Shown: in pieces, positions 48,228 to 61,059 of the stretch
Layout of the letters: each line of letters opens with the position of its first letter
How positions within the stretch are numbered: the stretch's first letter is position 1
NCBI RefSeq assembly: GCF_006345805.1
Contig: NC_043012.1
Span: 54,870,001-54,934,000 of the forward strand
Length of the DNA: 64,000 bases
Reading direction: 5' to 3'
Source of the DNA: Octopus sinensis
Lineage: Eukaryota
The notes under the pieces: model-generated
What the model was told of the DNA's origin: nothing
Seen by the model: only the letters and a program-made list of their open reading frames with translations
The model's database searches: none
Translations under genes and position numbers: made by a program

Positions 48228-48760
48228 TATTATTATTATTAATATTATTATTATCATTACTATTAATATTATATTTCATGGAGTGATAAAAACATCTTTT
48301 GATATTGAATTTACATTACAGTATAGGTTTTGTCGGAAATATTGAATAATTTTCAAATAATATATATATATAAACATATTTTAAATTCATTATTTGAAAA
48401 CTATTTTATAGCTGGTGTAATCAAAATGTAAGTTTCTAAATTAAATCTACCTTAACATTTAATTTTCAACATATCTTTTCTTTTTTTTTTTTTGCCCTGT
48501 TTTGTGTAAAGTAAACGTGAGTGATGCTGCACTAGACATACCGGTGTTTAAATAAAAATATCTATTGAATTTTTTTTTTGTTTAACATTTCCATAGATTG
48601 ATTCTTGTTTTCTTTTAGTTGATATTTTAATTAAAACCTGTATGGAAAATGTATTTGATATTATTATTAATATTATTATTATTATTATAATTTGTTTGAA
48701 AAATCAAACAAAAGAATGCAGCTACATGATATTGATACTGTCTTTGAAAGACCTACTAAG

Positions 48761-48811
<51 letters not shown>

Positions 48812-49509
48812 ATATATATATCCCTGTTATTCAGTCTCATACAATTTACCTCTGGCATATAAAATAAGACCTCCAATAATACCACATGCATAATGTGTGT
48901 GCGTGTATATGTATATAGATATAGATATAGATATATATATATGTGTGTGTGTGTGTGCTTACAGATAGTACTATGATGGTGATTATGTAATTTCCTAAAA
49001 TGGAAGAGTAACTTCCAGCAAAAACTAAGACAGTTTTAAAATAAAAAAAAACAAATGGTAAACAAACTAAATAAGATATTTTGGGTCGATTTGTTTGACT
49101 AAAGGCGGTGCTCCAGCATGGCCACAGTCATGACTGAAACAAGTAAAAGAATGTGTGTGTGTGTGTGTGTATGCATAATATACATATATTCCTAATGCTG
49201 TTGGTACTAGACCCTCAGGGTTGATCATTATTGTGAAGCCAAATTCCAGAATTCACATCTGTGGTCCCACATATAGAATAAAATGGTAGCTAGAAGTCTA
49301 ACCACAAACTTGCTGGAGAAAAAAAAATTTCTGTGTCAATTGCTTTGTACTGCTTTCTACACTCACATCTATCATTGAACAGTTTGATCCTTGTTCTGTC
49401 AAAAAGGGTTGCATGCCATCATAGATGATCTGTTGCTATATTGATTATTTACATCCCATAATAATCCCACTTAAGCCCTTTGATTGCTATGGATGGAACA
49501 TAGGCCATT

Positions 49510-50045
49510 GCTGACTTCCCTTCACTTTTCTCAGCTCTGTGCTGTCTTTTCTGCTTCTCTCAAGTTGGATCCTTGCTTTTCCAGCTCTGCTTCAGTGTCC
49601 TACTTTCCGCTCTTGTAGCTTTCTTTTGGATTTTGTTGCATTGATCATACATCTCCTTGAAGGAGGGCCGTCTTCCCATCTCATGTCTTGCTGGTTTGGA
49701 ATTGTCATTGATGCTTCTGTAACTTTGTTTACTTCTAAGTAATTCTAAGGATTTTGTGTTCTACTTCTAAGGATTTTGTGCTCCACTGGCACAGCTCTTG
49801 AGGGTCACTGAAGCACACAAAGCCACCACACACCAAAACAAGGACTTTTTCACGTTTCCTTAAAGTACGTCTTTGAACCTCTTCATTTCTCCTCTTTATA
49901 TGCTCCTTCCTTATTTCCTTCAGTTGCTCAACCATTTGACCAGCATTTGCATGGTCGGCCCTTCAAATCTGATGTCTAATCATGGTTTTACTGCAAGAGA
50001 TATTAAATTGCTCATGTACACTGAGGTTCCTTTGTCTGTTCTATT
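49510..50045 (-). mobile_element. Highly decayed LINE (RTE-like) RT C-terminal fragment
   Basis: Minus strand EAELEKQGSNLREAEKTAQS*EK*R resembles the RTE C-terminal helix/WR motif. Confidence 0.4.
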
Positions 50046-50265
50046 ACTGGATCATCATCATCATCGTTTTAATGTATGTGTTTCCATGCTTGCATAGATA
50101 GGGCAGATTTTCTATGGCTGGATACCCTTCCTGTCACCAACCCTCACCGGTTTCCAAACAAGATATTTCCCCATGGCAAAGTATGTTGGAAATGAATGAC
50201 AATGATGCACATTTACAGCTGTCGTATGATGTCAAGGCAAGGAGAAATAAATGTACACACACATG

Positions 50266-50312
<47 letters not shown>

Positions 50313-50795
50313 ATATATGACAGGCTTCTTTTAGTTTCTGTCGTCCAAAGTCTGCTCACTAGACTTTGGTTGATCTGGGGCCATAGTAGCAGAAGACAAT
50401 TACTCCCGGTACCATGCATTGGAACTGAACCTGGAACTATGTGGTTGAGAAATAAAATTCTTAATCACATATGCATGATTTTTCTCAGTCATCTCTGGTG
50501 ATTTCTCCTAAAATTTGTTGCCTAAAACTTGTCCAGGTTTCAAAGCCATATAGGAGAGCAGATAGATGTTTATGCATTGTAAATTTTCTTGTTCATCTCA
50601 AATCATCTTCATATACCTTTCTTATTGCATGGACTAAAAGTTATCTATATTGTAAATGCACACAATTACTTTCCAGGACTGAAGAAGCAAGATTAACCAT
50701 AGGTAAGCAATAGGTTGTTTGGCCTGTAATTACTCTACTTAATAAGATACAGAAGTATTTCAAAGATCTTTTTTTCTGATTTGCACCGTTTAGAT

Positions 50796-51115
50796 CACTG
50801 GTTCTCAACTGGGGTCCTTATAAGATTTTTGGGGGTTCACACAACAAAATAGTAATTGGGGATCCACAATCCTACTTAAAGGGTCCCTGAAAAAATTTGC
50901 TTTAGATGTATGTATTGCAAGAAACAGCCAGGTTTCTTTCTCTAACATTTTACATTGTTCATCCTACACAAATTAATATGTATGAAACAAAATAGAAATT
51001 TTGAAAGAAGTTTCTATAAAACTAGTTTTTAAACATTGACTGGTTATTGAAGTCCACTAGAATGAAACAGTAATCTAAGGGGTTCATAAATTAAAAAAAT
51101 GGTTGAAAACCCCTG
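50796..51115. mobile_element. hAT-type MITE (same family as 8191-8488)
   Basis: CACTGGTTCTCAAC / GTTGAAAACCCCTG termini; degenerate 8-bp TSD GTTTAGAT/CTTTGGAT. Confidence 0.75.
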
Positions 51116-51380
51116 CTTTGGATGAAAATTTTATCGTTCCCTTTAACAGCCATGAAGTCACTTAGAAATAATAAAGTCTTATCCTCTAAGCTGAGGTTTT
51201 GTATAAAAAGTTATCATACACATTAACAAACTTGGTTGTTATTTTTTTATTTATTTATTTATGCTATATTAAAACTATTCTAAAAAGCTGAAACTGATGA
51301 GCAGTAATGTTCCAGCTGAGACAAAGCAACAATGAGGTATGGCTTGCTAGAAATTGCAGTTAAGTCTTCCCTAATTCTGT

Positions 51381-52030
51381 GAAGGCATATGGCTTAGTGG
51401 TTAGGGTGTTAGATTCATGATCATAAGACTGTGGTTTCAATTCCTGGACTGGGCAACACATTGTGTTCTTGGGCAAAACACTTCATTTCACATTGTTCCA
51501 GTCCAATCTGTTGGTAAAAATGAGTAACCCTGCGATGGACCGGCACACCTTTCAGTAGGGATATATTTGCCAGAGGGACTGGAAAACTGGCTCTATGCTC
51601 CTTTTGGAGTAATGTGGACAGACCATAACCAACCAAAATTCCCCAACTCAAACTTTACAATCAAAAGAAGAACACATAAAATTAATGAGATAGTCCCAGC
51701 TTGGTGAAGGCGCATGACTGAGTGGTTAGAGCATTGAGGTTGTGAGTTTGATTCCCAGACTGGGCTGCATGTTGTGATCTTGAGCAAGACCCTTTATTTT
51801 GTGTTGCTCCAGTTAATTCAGCTGTAGAAATGAGTTGCGACATCACTGGTACCAAGCTGTATCGGCCTTTGCTTTTCTCTTGGATAACATCGGTGGCATG
51901 GAGAGGGGAGGCCGGCATGCATGGGTGACTGCTGGTTTTCCATAAACAACCTTGCTCGGACTTGTGCCTCGGAGGGTAACTTTCTAGGTGCAGTCCCATG
52001 GTCATTCATGACTGAAGGGGGTCTCCTCCT
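51381..52030 (+). mobile_element. Two tRNA-derived SINEs of related families (51381-51600, 51706-52030)
   Basis: Heads GAAGGCATATGGCTTAGTGGTTAG and GAAGGCGCATGACTGAGTGGTTAG, B-box-like TTCAATTCC/TTTGATTCC, and a TGTT.TTG.GCAA core. Confidence 0.75.
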
Positions 52031-52391
52031 TCTCAGCCCCAGCTTGAGTATTATGAACGTTGATATGGTGTCTTTATTAACACCATCTGAGCCCCAAATG
52101 ATGATAATGTTTACATTACACCAGTAAACCAATGTGTATGGAATAAAAAATACTCTGCCTGGATAACTATTGAGGGTTGGCAACAGGAAAGGCATCTGAT
52201 CATTAAAAATCTGCTTCAGTAACTTTCATGTAACTTGTGTGCCAGCATGGACGTACAGATGAAAAAATAATGATGGTGATGTTTATACCAGTTAAAATGA
52301 AATTTGATGCTATCTTTTAATTTGATCATTCAGGGCTGGTGTATAACAAAGCAACAATAACAGCACAACCAGATTGCATACATTTTTAAGG

Positions 52392-53260
52392 CAACAAGCT
52401 GGCAGAATCGTTAGCATGCTGGGTAAAATGCTTGGCAACATTTCACCCGTCTTTATGTTCTGAGTTCAAATTCTGCTGAAGTCAACTTTGTCTTCCATTC
52501 TTTCAGGGTTGATGAAATAAGTATCAGTGAAACACTGGGGTTGATGTAATCATCTGTCCCCTACTCCAAAATTTAGGCTTTGTGCCAATAGTAGAAAGGG
52601 TTATTATAATTATTATTGTTGGTGTTATTATCATTATTATTATTATTAGCATACTGGATAGAATGCTTAGCAGTATTTTGCCCATCGTTATATTCTGAGT
52701 TCAGATTCCACCAAGGTTGACTTTGCCTTTCATCCGTTCAGGATCGATAAATGAAGTACCAGTGAAACACTGGGGTCGATGTAATCGACTAGTTTCTCCC
52801 CCCCCCCAAAAAAAAAATTCAGGCCTTGTGCCTTTAGTAGAAAGGATTATTATAATTAGTAAGGTGGCGAGCTGGCAGAATTGTCATCATGCCAGGCGAA
52901 GTGCTTAGCAGTATTTCATCTGTGTTTGTTCTGAGTTCAAATTCCACTGAAGTCGACTTTGCCTTTCATCCTTTCGGGGTCGATAAAATAAGTACCAGAA
53001 GATAACTGGGATCGATGTAATGAACTAGTCCCCTCCCCCAAAATTGCTGTCCTTGCGGCAAAATTTGAAACCATTATTATTGTTATTATTATTATTATTA
53101 TTGCTACTAAGTAAGTTGGTTGGTAGAATCATTAAGAGCATCAGAAAAATGCTTTGTAGTATTTCAGCTCTTTAACATTGCTCAGATTATACTGGGGTCA
53201 AAACTGCTTTTCATCCTTCCAAGATTGATACAATAAAAGAATTCGTCAAATAGTTAGGTC
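52392..53260 (+). mobile_element. Head-to-tail array of four family B SINEs
   Basis: Copies start at about 52392, 52645, 52862 and 53105, each following the previous copy's (ATT)n tail. Confidence 0.85.
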
Positions 53261-53301
53261 AAAGATGACACACAAATTTGTGAGGCATTCCATATTTTTC
53301 T

Positions 53302-53900
53302 AGGTGCAGGAGTGGCTTTGTAGTAAGAAGCTTGCTTCCCAACTACATGGTTCTGGGTTCAGTCCCACTGTGTGGCACTTTGGGCAAGTGTCTTCTACTA
53401 TAGCTTTAGGTCAACCAAAGTCTTGTAAGTGGATTTGGTAGATGGAAACTGAAAGAAGCCCGTTGTATATATGTTTGTGTGTCTGTGTTTGTTTGTCCCC
53501 CCCCCCACTATCGCTTGACAACCAATGTTGGTGTGTTTACATTCCCATAACTTAATGGTTTGACCAAAGACACTGGTAGAATAAGTACTAGGCAGTGAGC
53601 TTGCAAAACTGTTAGCACGCCGGGCGAAATGCTTAATGGTACTTCGTCTGCCGCTACGTTCTAAGTTCAAATTCTGCTGAAGTCGACTTTGCCTTTCATC
53701 CTTTCGGGGTCGAATAAATAAGTACCAGTTACACACTGAGGTCGATATAATTGACTTAATCCATTTGTCTCCTCTGTGGGCAGTAAACAAATAAGAATAA
53801 GTACTAGGCTTACAAAGCATAAGTCCTGGGGGTCAATTTGCTCGACTAAAGGAAGTGCTCCAGCATGGTCGCAGTCAAATGACTGAAACAAGTAAAAGAA
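53302..53900 (+). mobile_element. Family A SINE with a family B SINE inserted at about 53594-53765
   Basis: The family A body stops at AATAAGTACTAGGC and resumes with the same sequence at about 53797. Confidence 0.85.
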
Positions 53901-54503
53901 TACCAATCAAGTACCAGAGTTGATAAAGTACCAGTTAAGAACGAGGGCCAATATAATCACTATCTACCCAACCCCAATTTCTGGTCTTAAAAAGATTATT
54001 AGTATTTTCAGGAATGAATTTACTGTTAAAAGGACACAAAACATCATAAATTCATGTGAGAAAGAAAGTAAAAACAGTGCCACCATTTATAGGATTTGAA
54101 CCACAGATCTGTCACTTCACAAGTTAGTGTGTCACTGATTTCATTTTCAGTAATACAGCCATCCAGCTATTGATAAATACATTGCCTGAGCCTATCTGTG
54201 GATTTATTGTTCTTTTCTCTCTCAAATTGGTGCTAATAATGGCTTATATTAATTTCTTTTTGTTTCCAATTTTGATGCACATATTTACATTGAAGAAAGG
54301 CATGGCAATAGTTTTGGTTACAAAAGTTCATTTTACAACCGCATGGCTTCAGGTCTTGTTGTTGGGCATCTTGTTGAGATAGATGTCTTCTACTATTGTG
54401 CATATTCTCTTGGGTTGACCAATGCTTTGAGAGTGGAATTGATTAGCAGAAACTGAAAGGAAGCCTATTGAGTATGTTTTTATATATATCATACATAGAT
54501 ATA

Positions 54504-54722
54504 CAGAGTGGATAAAAAGTCATGTACCAAACACAGCATTTTATTTATATTAGTATTTTTATTATTATTATTGTTATTAATATTATTATTATTATTAATT
54601 TTGTTCATCACGTACAAGTATGTGTGTATTCATCATTATTTTATTCAATTTTAGGAAATTGAAGCATGTCTTTGACAATTCCAGAGCATATGGAACTTAT
54701 GCGTGACTTTTAGCCCACCCAG
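54504..54722. mobile_element. Tc1/mariner-type MITE
   Basis: TA-CAGAGTGGATAAAAAGTCA ... TGACTTTTAGCCCACCCAG-TA imperfect TIRs. Confidence 0.55.
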
Positions 54723-55055
54723 TATATATATACTTACACACACACACACACACACACATGTATTTGTGAATGTGTGTGTGTTAGCATGTATGTGTGAATA
54801 TTAATTCTGAGTGTTCTCACTGACAGAGTCTTGTCCCAAAGTGATGACGTTGTTTACATTCACCAGGAAATCAATGTCCCCTAGTTCAGTGGATTTGTTC
54901 AGACCAGTAAAATAAATGATACCTTACTTGAAAATATAACGAGAGTTGGCAACAGGAAGAGCATTCTATAGCTGAAAACCTACCTCAATACGTTGCATAT
55001 ATGGAAAAACAGACATAAAAATGACAATAATAAAGGTGATATGTGTGTATATATG

Positions 55056-55095
<40 letters not shown>

Positions 55096-56039
55096 ACCCT
55101 TTAGCATTGACATTATTTTATCAAAAGTAATGCTTTTTTATTCTCATTGTTTTGAATTAATCATGTGTTATCTTGTAGCTCTGAGAGTTTGAGATTTTGA
55201 TAAGGTGACTATTAATTTTTAGAATGTTGTTGTATGGCTGGTGTGAGAAGCCATATCTGGTTAGTTTGACTGTAAAACAGGCAGAATATTTTGGCTGGAT
55301 ATGGCTGGTTAAAATGCTAAAGAGATATATAAATTGGTTGAAATGAAATTTAATGCTATTTTTTTTCTTTTTTTAAATTCTCATTATTCTTTACATTAAT
55401 AAATAATATTGACAATAATATGGATGTATATTGAGAAAAATTAAAAAGGTATAAAAAGGAATTTTATATTCTATATAAATCAAAGAAAACTCTTTTAAAA
55501 TTTTATAAAGGAAAAAACTTTTTCCAAAATATATTTTCACTTCTGGAAACTTCTTTATGAGAAAATCGGGTTGAGAATTGCTAATGGTTGTGTTACCCAA
55601 AACTACATATTTATACTGTTTATACCGATTTATATTAGATGTAGTCTGAAATATAAACTATGTTTGAGGAAACAAGAAGGTTATAACTGGAATACCTTTG
55701 ATCATAGTTCTGCAGAACCAGGGCTGATCTGGCACTAAACAACAATGATAGTAATCTTTAGCTTGTCCTTCAAGTTGGGATCTCTACTTCATACAGCATT
55801 TGCTTGATTATAATTTTACCCTAACCCTAATTTCCACTAAGGGGTAAATGTTCAGTCTGCTACCCTTTTGATTACTGCTTTGGGTATATTAGGCGTTGGT
55901 ATTTTTCTTTTTCTTTTTTTAATTTTTTTTTTTACGGGGGGACTGAAAACACTAAATCTGGCTGTAGTGTTACCTCCAGTAACAAAAAAAGAGCCCAAAT
56001 TATGCTATTCCATTTAGTCATGCCTGATAACTGTCAATT

Positions 56040-56858
56040 TACCATTCTAAATTCGGAAGCAGTTGAGAGAACCTGTGGAAGAGGTAGACCCAGGAAGACC
56101 TGGGATGAAGTGGTGAAGCACGACCTTCGAACTTTAGGCCTCACCAAGGAAATGACTAGTGAGACTTTAGGAAATATGCTGTGTGTGAGAAGACCCGGCA
56201 AGCCAAATGAGACCATAATCTCGTGGCCTATGCCAGGGACGTAACCAGCCCACTTATGCATACCTTTTCTTTCTTTGGACACTAAAACTCTGCTTGTGAA
56301 GACCTGTTGAGGCAAGTGAAATCAAAATCAAAATCAAATTCAATGAATAGTGTCCGTGCTAGTGGGGTGCAAAGAGCACCATACGAGTGTAATCAATGAC
56401 AGAGCAGCCAACCAGCTTCCATGCCAGTGGCACTTAAAAGGCACCATTTGAGTGTGATCGTTACCAGCATCACCTTACTGGCACTCAAGCCCTGTGCTAG
56501 TAGGGTGGTCGTTGGCAGAGCGGCTATCTGGCCTCTGTGCTGGTAGCACACAAAAGACACCATCCAAGCGTGACCATTACCAGCATCGCCTTACTGGCAC
56601 CTGTGCCGCTTGCATGTGTAAAAGATTTGAGCGAGGTCGTTGCCAGTACCACCTGACTGGCCCCGTGCTGGTGGCACGTAAAAGCACCCACTACGCTCTC
56701 AGAGTGGTTGGTGTTAGGAAGGGTATCCAGCTGTAGAAACTCTGCCAGATCAAGGTTGAAGCCTGGTGCAGCCATTCGGTTCGCCAGCCCTCACTCAAAT
56801 CATCCAACCCATGCTAGCATGGAAAGCGGATGTTAAATGACGACGATGATGATGATGA
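56040..56858 (+). mobile_element. 5'-truncated family R LINE: RT C-terminus, full 3' UTR and (GAT)n tail
   Basis: ORF 56002-56244 includes RTCGRGRPRKTWDEVVKHDLRTLGL, followed by tandem UTR units and a GTTAAATGACGACGATGATGATG end. Confidence 0.85.
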
Positions 56859-57439
56859 AACCATTCGGTAGCATGAATTGGCTGTTAAAAGATTAAATTC
56901 ATAATTCTATATAAATAATACACCACTCTGTTACCTAATATATGAGTGCCTTTTTCTTTTTTCTGACTTATGAAAAGTAATTGGCCAATTATTTATATAT
57001 ATATATATATATTATATATATATATATAATAGGTTTTGTTCAAGTGGTTATGCAATGGCAGTTTTAACCTAAAGATCTAATCAAGTATGATAATATATAT
57101 ATATATGTACATATATACACATGCATGTGCAGAAATGCATTCATACACGTTCATATAGGAACAAAAATTATGTAATAATTTCCATTAGCTTACAGCTTTT
57201 TCTGCTATAAAAAGAACTGCACTCAGAGCTTGTGTAACATCCTATTCCAAGAGGCTATAAGATGTTGCACAAATACTCAGCTCTCACAAGTACACTGTTT
57301 CTTATAGCAAAAAGGAGGGTGGTTACATAATCCTGTTCTTTTGTCATTTACTAATTAATATTAACCTCTGTATTCATCTAATACTTTACTCAAAATCATA
57401 TGTGTAAGTTCTAACAATTGATTATTAATATTGCTATGT

Positions 57440-57503
57440 CTAAGGAAAATCAATACACATATATATATGTGTATATATATGTATACATGTGTATATATAT
57501 GTG

Positions 57504-57554
<51 letters not shown>

Positions 57555-57630
57555 GATATATATATATATATAGATTTTTATATATGTGCATATATATAAG
57601 TATATGTGTATGTATATGTGTGTAAATATG

Positions 57631-57671
<41 letters not shown>

Positions 57672-57772
57672 TATATGTGTGTGTGTGTGTGTGTGTAAAT
57701 ATATATACATACATACATATATATATATACGTACATATAGATATATATACATATATATATACATACATATAG

Positions 57773-57809
<37 letters not shown>

Positions 57810-57930
57810 CATATAGATATATATACATATATATACATATATATGCATATATATATATATATATATACACATACATTATATATATATATATATATATATA
57901 TTTTATATATATATATACATATATATATAT
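57440..57930. repeat. (TA)n/(TG)n microsatellite
   Basis: Direct inspection. Confidence 0.95.
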
Positions 57931-57934
57931 AAAA

Positions 57935-59520
57935 TGAAAGACAGAAGATGGAATATACAAGAATTTATTATTAATCACAACAATTGTTTCGACACATCTA
58001 GCATCGATTCTTCTTGGGTGGTACAGATGTATCTTGTCGGGTGATAAAGAAATACAACTCATTAAAGTAACTGTTCCACAATGTAACTTTCCATTTTGTA
58101 GAGAGAAAGGCAGACAGATGGAGGAAATATCTTCATTTATACAGAAGACCAAAATTAAAATCACAGATGGCAAAAAGAGAAATGAACATGCAATCCAGCA
58201 AGAAAAGCATTGAAAATAACCGTTAACAGATATGAATGTATAAACGCTCTTGGGCAAGCTGCATGGTGTGAGTACACTCACTCATGCAAGCATCCACAAA
58301 AATGTGAGCATATGCATACGTGAAGTTTGGTGCACCTATGATCAAAAAGTGGTTAGCTATCTATTTGGTGCTTGTAAGACTGGGGAGGTTAAAAGTAAAC
58401 TTAAGTCATCCATACCTTAAAGTAAAGTAAATTAAATTGACAGTTACTCAAAATTCATTCCCACTGCATTGTGCGAAAGTACATCTATATGCGTGTAGGC
58501 ATCTCAGGAGTCATTCAGAAATTCTATTAATGATCTTCTTGTTAGTCTACAGAATAGACAGGGATTCCTTGGAGCAGAGACGGCATTCCCTAGGAATTAT
58601 ATTGTATGGTTTCACATACCTTACGATGGACCAATTAATGTTGTACTTCATTTTATCCTCATTCAGTCGCCATACAAAATCTGCCAAAGATGTTGAATGT
58701 CTCTTATTGATTGTCTTAAAGCTGGCAACATGGTTACAATAACAATTCTTAAATGAATCAGCAGTCTGCCAATGTAAACATAGGGCTCTCCCCTTGTGTG
58801 CACGGTACATTTATATACAAGACTTGTACTCATACAGAGATTCATCAAAGGACATTTTGATTTTTCTCTGTATGCGCATTTATCATATTTATTTGTATAT
58901 AAGGCAGTCCCAACTCCATTTACCAGCGTCGTTACCATGCTAGCTGTATCATAAGTATTCCTACTACTACAAATTGGTTCTAGTTAGTGTTTATCAATGC
59001 TGTTTACATCTCCTTGGTTGGTATTTAGATGCAAATGTTCACTAGATCCAGTAGGTGGGTTATTGAACCTTTGCCACGTTTTGCTATTATTTATGCGATG
59101 CATAAGCTGCTCTAAATCAACAGAGAGTGTGTAGGATACCTTCATGGTGTGTTGATTAAAAATGACATGATACTAATTAGATTTAGGAAAACACTTGTCC
59201 AATGCACCAAAAAAATTTCCAGCGATCTTGGTTGAAACATGCAAACCAAAAACCGCATTGAACCAAAGTACATCCTGATTCCTATATCTATTGTTAGGCT
59301 TATTTAATTGAGTGTGTTGTACAGGATTGGAACAAGCAGTTGAATTATTATGTCGCGTGTGTCTATGAATTTGCATTGGCAGTTCATTGATATGACCAAT
59401 TCTTTCTGACCTATTTTCTTTATTTGAGTGAGTTCTCAAACGGTAACGTGGTACTGGTATACAATGTGCATCACAGTTGGAAGAATTACCAGTGTTCTGT
59501 ATGCCTGCTTCTTGTATATA
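57935..59520 (-). mobile_element. 5'-truncated Penelope-like element: linker, GIY-YIG endonuclease pseudogene and terminal repeat with a decayed hammerhead
   Basis: VLWFNAVFG..TKIAGNFFGALDKCFPK; KCAYREKSKCPLMNLC..SLVYKCTV..YVYIG; FKNCYCNHVASFK..KRHSTSLADFVW..INWSIV..KPY..ECRLC..E; RCLH. Frameshifts and stops are present. HHR-like motif at 57976-58020. Confidence 0.85.
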
Positions 59521-59739
59521 TTGAAATTTTAACATCTGTTTATGTAAATATATATATATATATACACACACACTCACACATATATATATAGATATGTATG
59601 TATATATATATATATGTATGTATATATGTTTGTGTGTATATATATATATATGTGTATATATATGTATATATATGTATGTGTGTATATACACACATGTATA
59701 TACACATGTATATATACACACACATATATATATATATAC

Positions 59740-59779
<40 letters not shown>

Positions 59780-59799
59780 GTGTGTGTGTGTGTGTGTAT

Positions 59800-60198
59800 A
59801 GGCACAGGAGTGGCTGTGTGGTAAGTAGCTTGCTTACCTACCACATGGTTCCAGGTTGTGTCCCACTGCGTGGCATCTTGGGCAAGTGTCTTCTACTATA
59901 GCCTCGGGCCAACCAAAGCCTTGTGAGTGGATTTGGTAGATGGAAACTGAAAGAAGCCTGTTGTATATATGTATGTGTATATATATATATATGTGTGTGT
60001 TTGTGTCTGTGTCTGTCCCCTCAACATTGCTTAACAACCGATGCTGGTGTGTTTACGTCCCCGTAACTTAGTGGTTTGGCAAAAGAGACTGATAGAATAA
60101 GTACTAAGCTTACAAAGAATACGTCCTGGGGTCGATTTGCTCAACTAAAGGTGGGCTCCAGCATGGCCGCAGTCAAATGACTGAAACAAATAAAAGAG

Positions 60199-60199
<1 letters not shown>
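59800..60199 (+). mobile_element. Family A SINE, full length
   Basis: Matches the consensus. Confidence 0.9.
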
Positions 60200-60229
<30 letters not shown>

Positions 60230-60452
60230 ACACACATATATATATGTATATAGACATATATATATATATATATCATCATCATAATCATCATCATCGTTTA
60301 CCGTCCGCTTTCCATGCTAGCATGGGTTGGACAGTTCGACTGGGGTCTGGGAAGCCAGGAGGCTGCACCAGGCCCAGTCTGATCTGGTAGTGTTTCTACA
60401 GCTGGATGCCCTTCCTAATGCCAACCATATATAATTGAAACTGAATTTATCT

Positions 60453-60489
60453 TGCAACTTAAGTTTCATGCTATTGCAATCTTCAGGCA
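60453..60489 (-). ncRNA. Compact type-I hammerhead ribozyme motif, intact core
   Basis: TGC-CTGAAGA-TTGC-AATA-GCAT-GAA-ACTTAAGT-T-GCA: perfect palindromic stem III and a GUU triplet. An inverted partial copy lies at 60499-60537. Confidence 0.75.
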
Positions 60490-60632
60490 GCCACACTCGC
60501 ATGAAACTGAAGTTGTGAGACAAACTCAGTTTTAATGAAAAACCATATCCATGACAACATATATTAAGCACTCCTCTCTCATTTGTTTGACATAAACCAG
60601 TGTATGTGTGTGTGTGTGATGTGTGTATCTAT

Positions 60633-60788
<156 letters not shown>

Positions 60789-61059
60789 AATTAGAAAAAA
60801 ACCACCTTTTATCAATTCAAATGAACAATTAAATTACACCATCTAGAAAATTACATATAATAGAAATATTAAAAATAAAATAACAATAATATACCGATGA
60901 TTAAGTAAATATATACGTTTTTATTATTATTTTGCAATTTACTTAATCATTGGTATATTATTGTTATTTTATATTTAATATTTCTATTATATGTAATTTT
61001 CTAGATGGTGTAATTTAATTGTTCATTTTGAATTGATAAAAGGTGACTTTTTTCTAATT
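60789..61059. repeat. Palindrome with about 122-bp arms and a 26-bp spacer
   Basis: 60789-60910 versus 60937-61059; same family as 4172-4310. Confidence 0.95.

Noticed and set aside
48470-48525. Polypyrimidine tract, AAG, 5 nt and GTGAGT as a microexon
   Set aside because: This is motif-only evidence with no neighbouring coding context.
58480-58560. In-frame TGA in the PLE endonuclease as possible selenocysteine
   Set aside because: It is not at a Cys position, other stops and frameshifts are present, and no SECIS-like hairpin was seen.
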